Assembly: GCA_003427395.1 (NCBI GenBank)
Contig: BFEA01000009.1
Location: 7,472,849-7,536,848 of the forward strand
DNA: 64,000 bases
Origin: Chara braunii
Taxonomy: Eukaryota; Plantae; Charophyceae
Direction of reading: 5' to 3'
A program made the translations under genes and the position numbers. A model generated the notes under the pieces. The model saw only the letters and a list, made by a program, of their open reading frames with translations. It searched no databases and was not told the DNA's origin. Shown here in pieces: positions 61,691 through 64,000 of the stretch (the first letter of the stretch is position 1; each line of letters opens with the position of its first letter).

Positions 61691-63639
61691 AGCTGGATTT
61701 TCACTAAGGTAATTTCTCTAATACTATAAAGGAAGAAGTGGGCTTCTCTAATACTAAAAAGAAGAAGTGGGTATCGCGTGACGGGCCCAACAGAAACCGG
61801 GTGCCGCCACGCGCGGCCGCTCCAAGGTAGTGGGGCGAGGGGGAACCGGCGGCGCGACCCGTCGGTCCGCAAGCCGGTTTTTAGGGGAGGCCGGTAGCCG
61901 GGACTGCCGTCGTCGTGACCCAGGGGGGGGGTGTCGGTTCGTGTCGTAGCACGGAATCTCGGCCCGGTGTAGTTGGGGAGGCCGGTAACTGCCATGGGCG
62001 CAAGGGGGGGGGGTGTCGGTTGGCGGGAAATATTCACTATTGCAGCAATCGAATGCGGGGAGCAGTTTCGGGCGGCAACGGCGTGGCAGCGTGAATGCTA
62101 TCGGGCGGGTGCGGGGGAGGGCCGCGTCGGCAGGAGGTAGCGCGAAGGAGGGGAGGGTAGGAGTACGATGACCGAATCGTGCGCAGTGGGAANNNNNNNN
62201 NNNNNNNNNNNNNNNNNNNNNNNNNNNNNNNNNNNNNNNNNNNNNNNNNNNNNNNNNNNNNNNNNNNNNNNNNNNNNNNNNNNNNNNNNNNNNNNNNNNN
62301 NNNNNNNNNNNNNNNNNNNNNNNNNNNNNNNNNNNNNNNNNNNNNNNNNNNNNNNNNNNNNNNNNNNNNNNNNNNNNNNNNNNNNNNNNNNNNNNNNNNN
62401 NNNNNNNNNNNNNNNNNNNNNNNNNNNNNNNNNNNNNNNNNNNNNNNNNNNNNNNNNNNNNNNNNNNNNNNNNNNNNNNNNNNNNNNNNNNNNNNNNNNN
62501 NNNNNNNNNNNNNNNNNNNNNNNNNNNNNNNNNNNNNNNNNNNNNNNNNNNNNNNNNNNNNNNNNNNNNNNNNNNNNNNNNNNNNNNNNNNNNNNNNNNN
62601 NNNNNNNNNNNNNNNNNNNNNNNNNNNNNNNNNNNNNNNNNNNNNNNNNNNNNNNNNNNNNNNNNNNNNNNNNNNNNNNNNNNNNNNNNNNNNNNNNNNN
62701 NNNNNNNNNNNNNNNNNNNNNNNNNNNNNNNNNNNNNNNNNNNNNNNNNNNNNNNNNNNNNNNNNNNNNNNNNNNNNNNNNNNNNNNNNNNNNNNNNNNN
62801 NNNNNNNNNNNNNNNNNNNNNNNNNNNNNNNNNNNNNNNNNNNNNNNNNNNNNNNNNNNNNNNNNNNNNNNNNNNNNNNNNNNNNNNNNNNNNNNNNNNN
62901 NNNNNNNNNNNNNNNNNNNNNNNNNNNNNNNNNNNNNNNNNNNNNNNNNNNNNNNNNNNNNNNNNNNNNNNNNNNNNNNNNNNNNNNNNNNNNNNNNNNN
63001 NNNNNNNNNNNNNNNNNCGCGTATATATTTTCGCGCTTCGGGCTCCCGTTGCCACAATCTGGACACATCTCAAGGGCGGCTCAAGTGTGGCCCCAGAGGT
63101 CACTTGAGAAATCACCTCGTTTGCCTGGGCCGCCCTTGAGCCGCCCTTGAGAGTTTCCCGCCCGTTTCCTAATCCCAAAAACCCAATGACGTCCCGCCAG
63201 TGATTAGCAAAACTCAAGGGCACCGTGGAACGGTGTTGGGCAAGAAACCCTTGAGTTTCGAGTGGTGTGGAACGAGCCCCTAGGGCGGCAGGGAAACAAT
63301 GCCGCAACATGCATCCCCTTGATCGCCACAGGTAGCTATCCTTCCAGGGGTCCCCTGTATAGGCTTAGGAGTAGTGGTAGGTAGGAAGTGAGAGATTATT
63401 TTTTTAGAGAAAAATGTGACTTCGCTTTTAAAAAATATTAAAAAATATAATGTAATGATAATCACACTGAATGACAAATAGTCCAGCCCTAATCATGTAA
63501 ACCTGCCTAGGACGTCAGGATCGAGAGAAAGAGGGGATGGAGTGGAGGCAATGGAGATACTGAAGAAACCAACGGGCCTACCCAGCTCAGTTTTTGTTAC
63601 ACCCCTGTAACTGTTGAAATACAGATCTGAGTTCAAACC

Positions 63640-63943
63640 CCACTGGGAGCAGATGAGATGTACTGAAGAAACTCAATATACATCATCTGAATGGATGCCG
63701 CAGGGGGGACAATCGCATCGTCTTGGGAGAGAAATATGCAAGCACAGTACAAAACACTCCTCCCCTCCTCATACCCCTAACCCCTCCCCTCGCCACTGGG
63801 AGCACATGAGATATACTCGAGAAACTCAATATACATCATATGAATGGATGCCGCAGGGGGACAATCGCATCGTCTTGGGAGAGAAATATGCACGCACAGT
63901 ACAAAAAACTCCTCCCCTCCTTATCCCCCTAACCCCTCCCCTC
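63640..63943. repeat. ~153 bp tandem duplication followed by a poly(C) run
   Basis: CCACTGGGAGCA.ATGAGAT...GAATGGATGCCGCAGGGGG...CCCTCCCCTCG twice. Confidence 0.85.
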
Positions 63944-63960
63944 GTCATCCTAACCCCCAT

Positions 63961-64000
<40 letters not shown>

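Overview
Eukaryotic nuclear DNA, repeat-rich and gapped (five N-runs). It most likely comes from a streptophyte green alga such as Chara; this is inferred from the plant-type U6, plastid insertions, NPH3-family gene and TE repertoire. One clear host gene is present: a two-exon BTB/NPH3 (NRL family) gene at 21583-25383. The rest is layered mobile DNA. (i) A decayed Penelope-like retroelement of the N-terminal GIY-YIG (Chlamys/Naiad-like) type, with a zinc-knuckle ORF1 and a hammerhead ribozyme. (ii) A TSD-bounded 7.3 kb L1/Tx1-like LINE lacking RT, inserted in a MITE. (iii) A LINE RT remnant split by a hAT-like element. (iv) A solo-LTR-like family carrying a conserved small Cys-rich ORF, including a head-to-tail junction. 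(v) Nine dispersed copies of a structured, covarying 3' RNA tail shared by otherwise unrelated poly(A) retroposons. (vi) A TSD-flanked U6 retrocopy. (vii) A mosaic plastid insertion (23S rRNA, group I intron, atpB). (viii) Several MITEs and tandem repeats. Four Nextera mate-pair junction adapters mark local misassembly. All calls are by eye; no searches were run.
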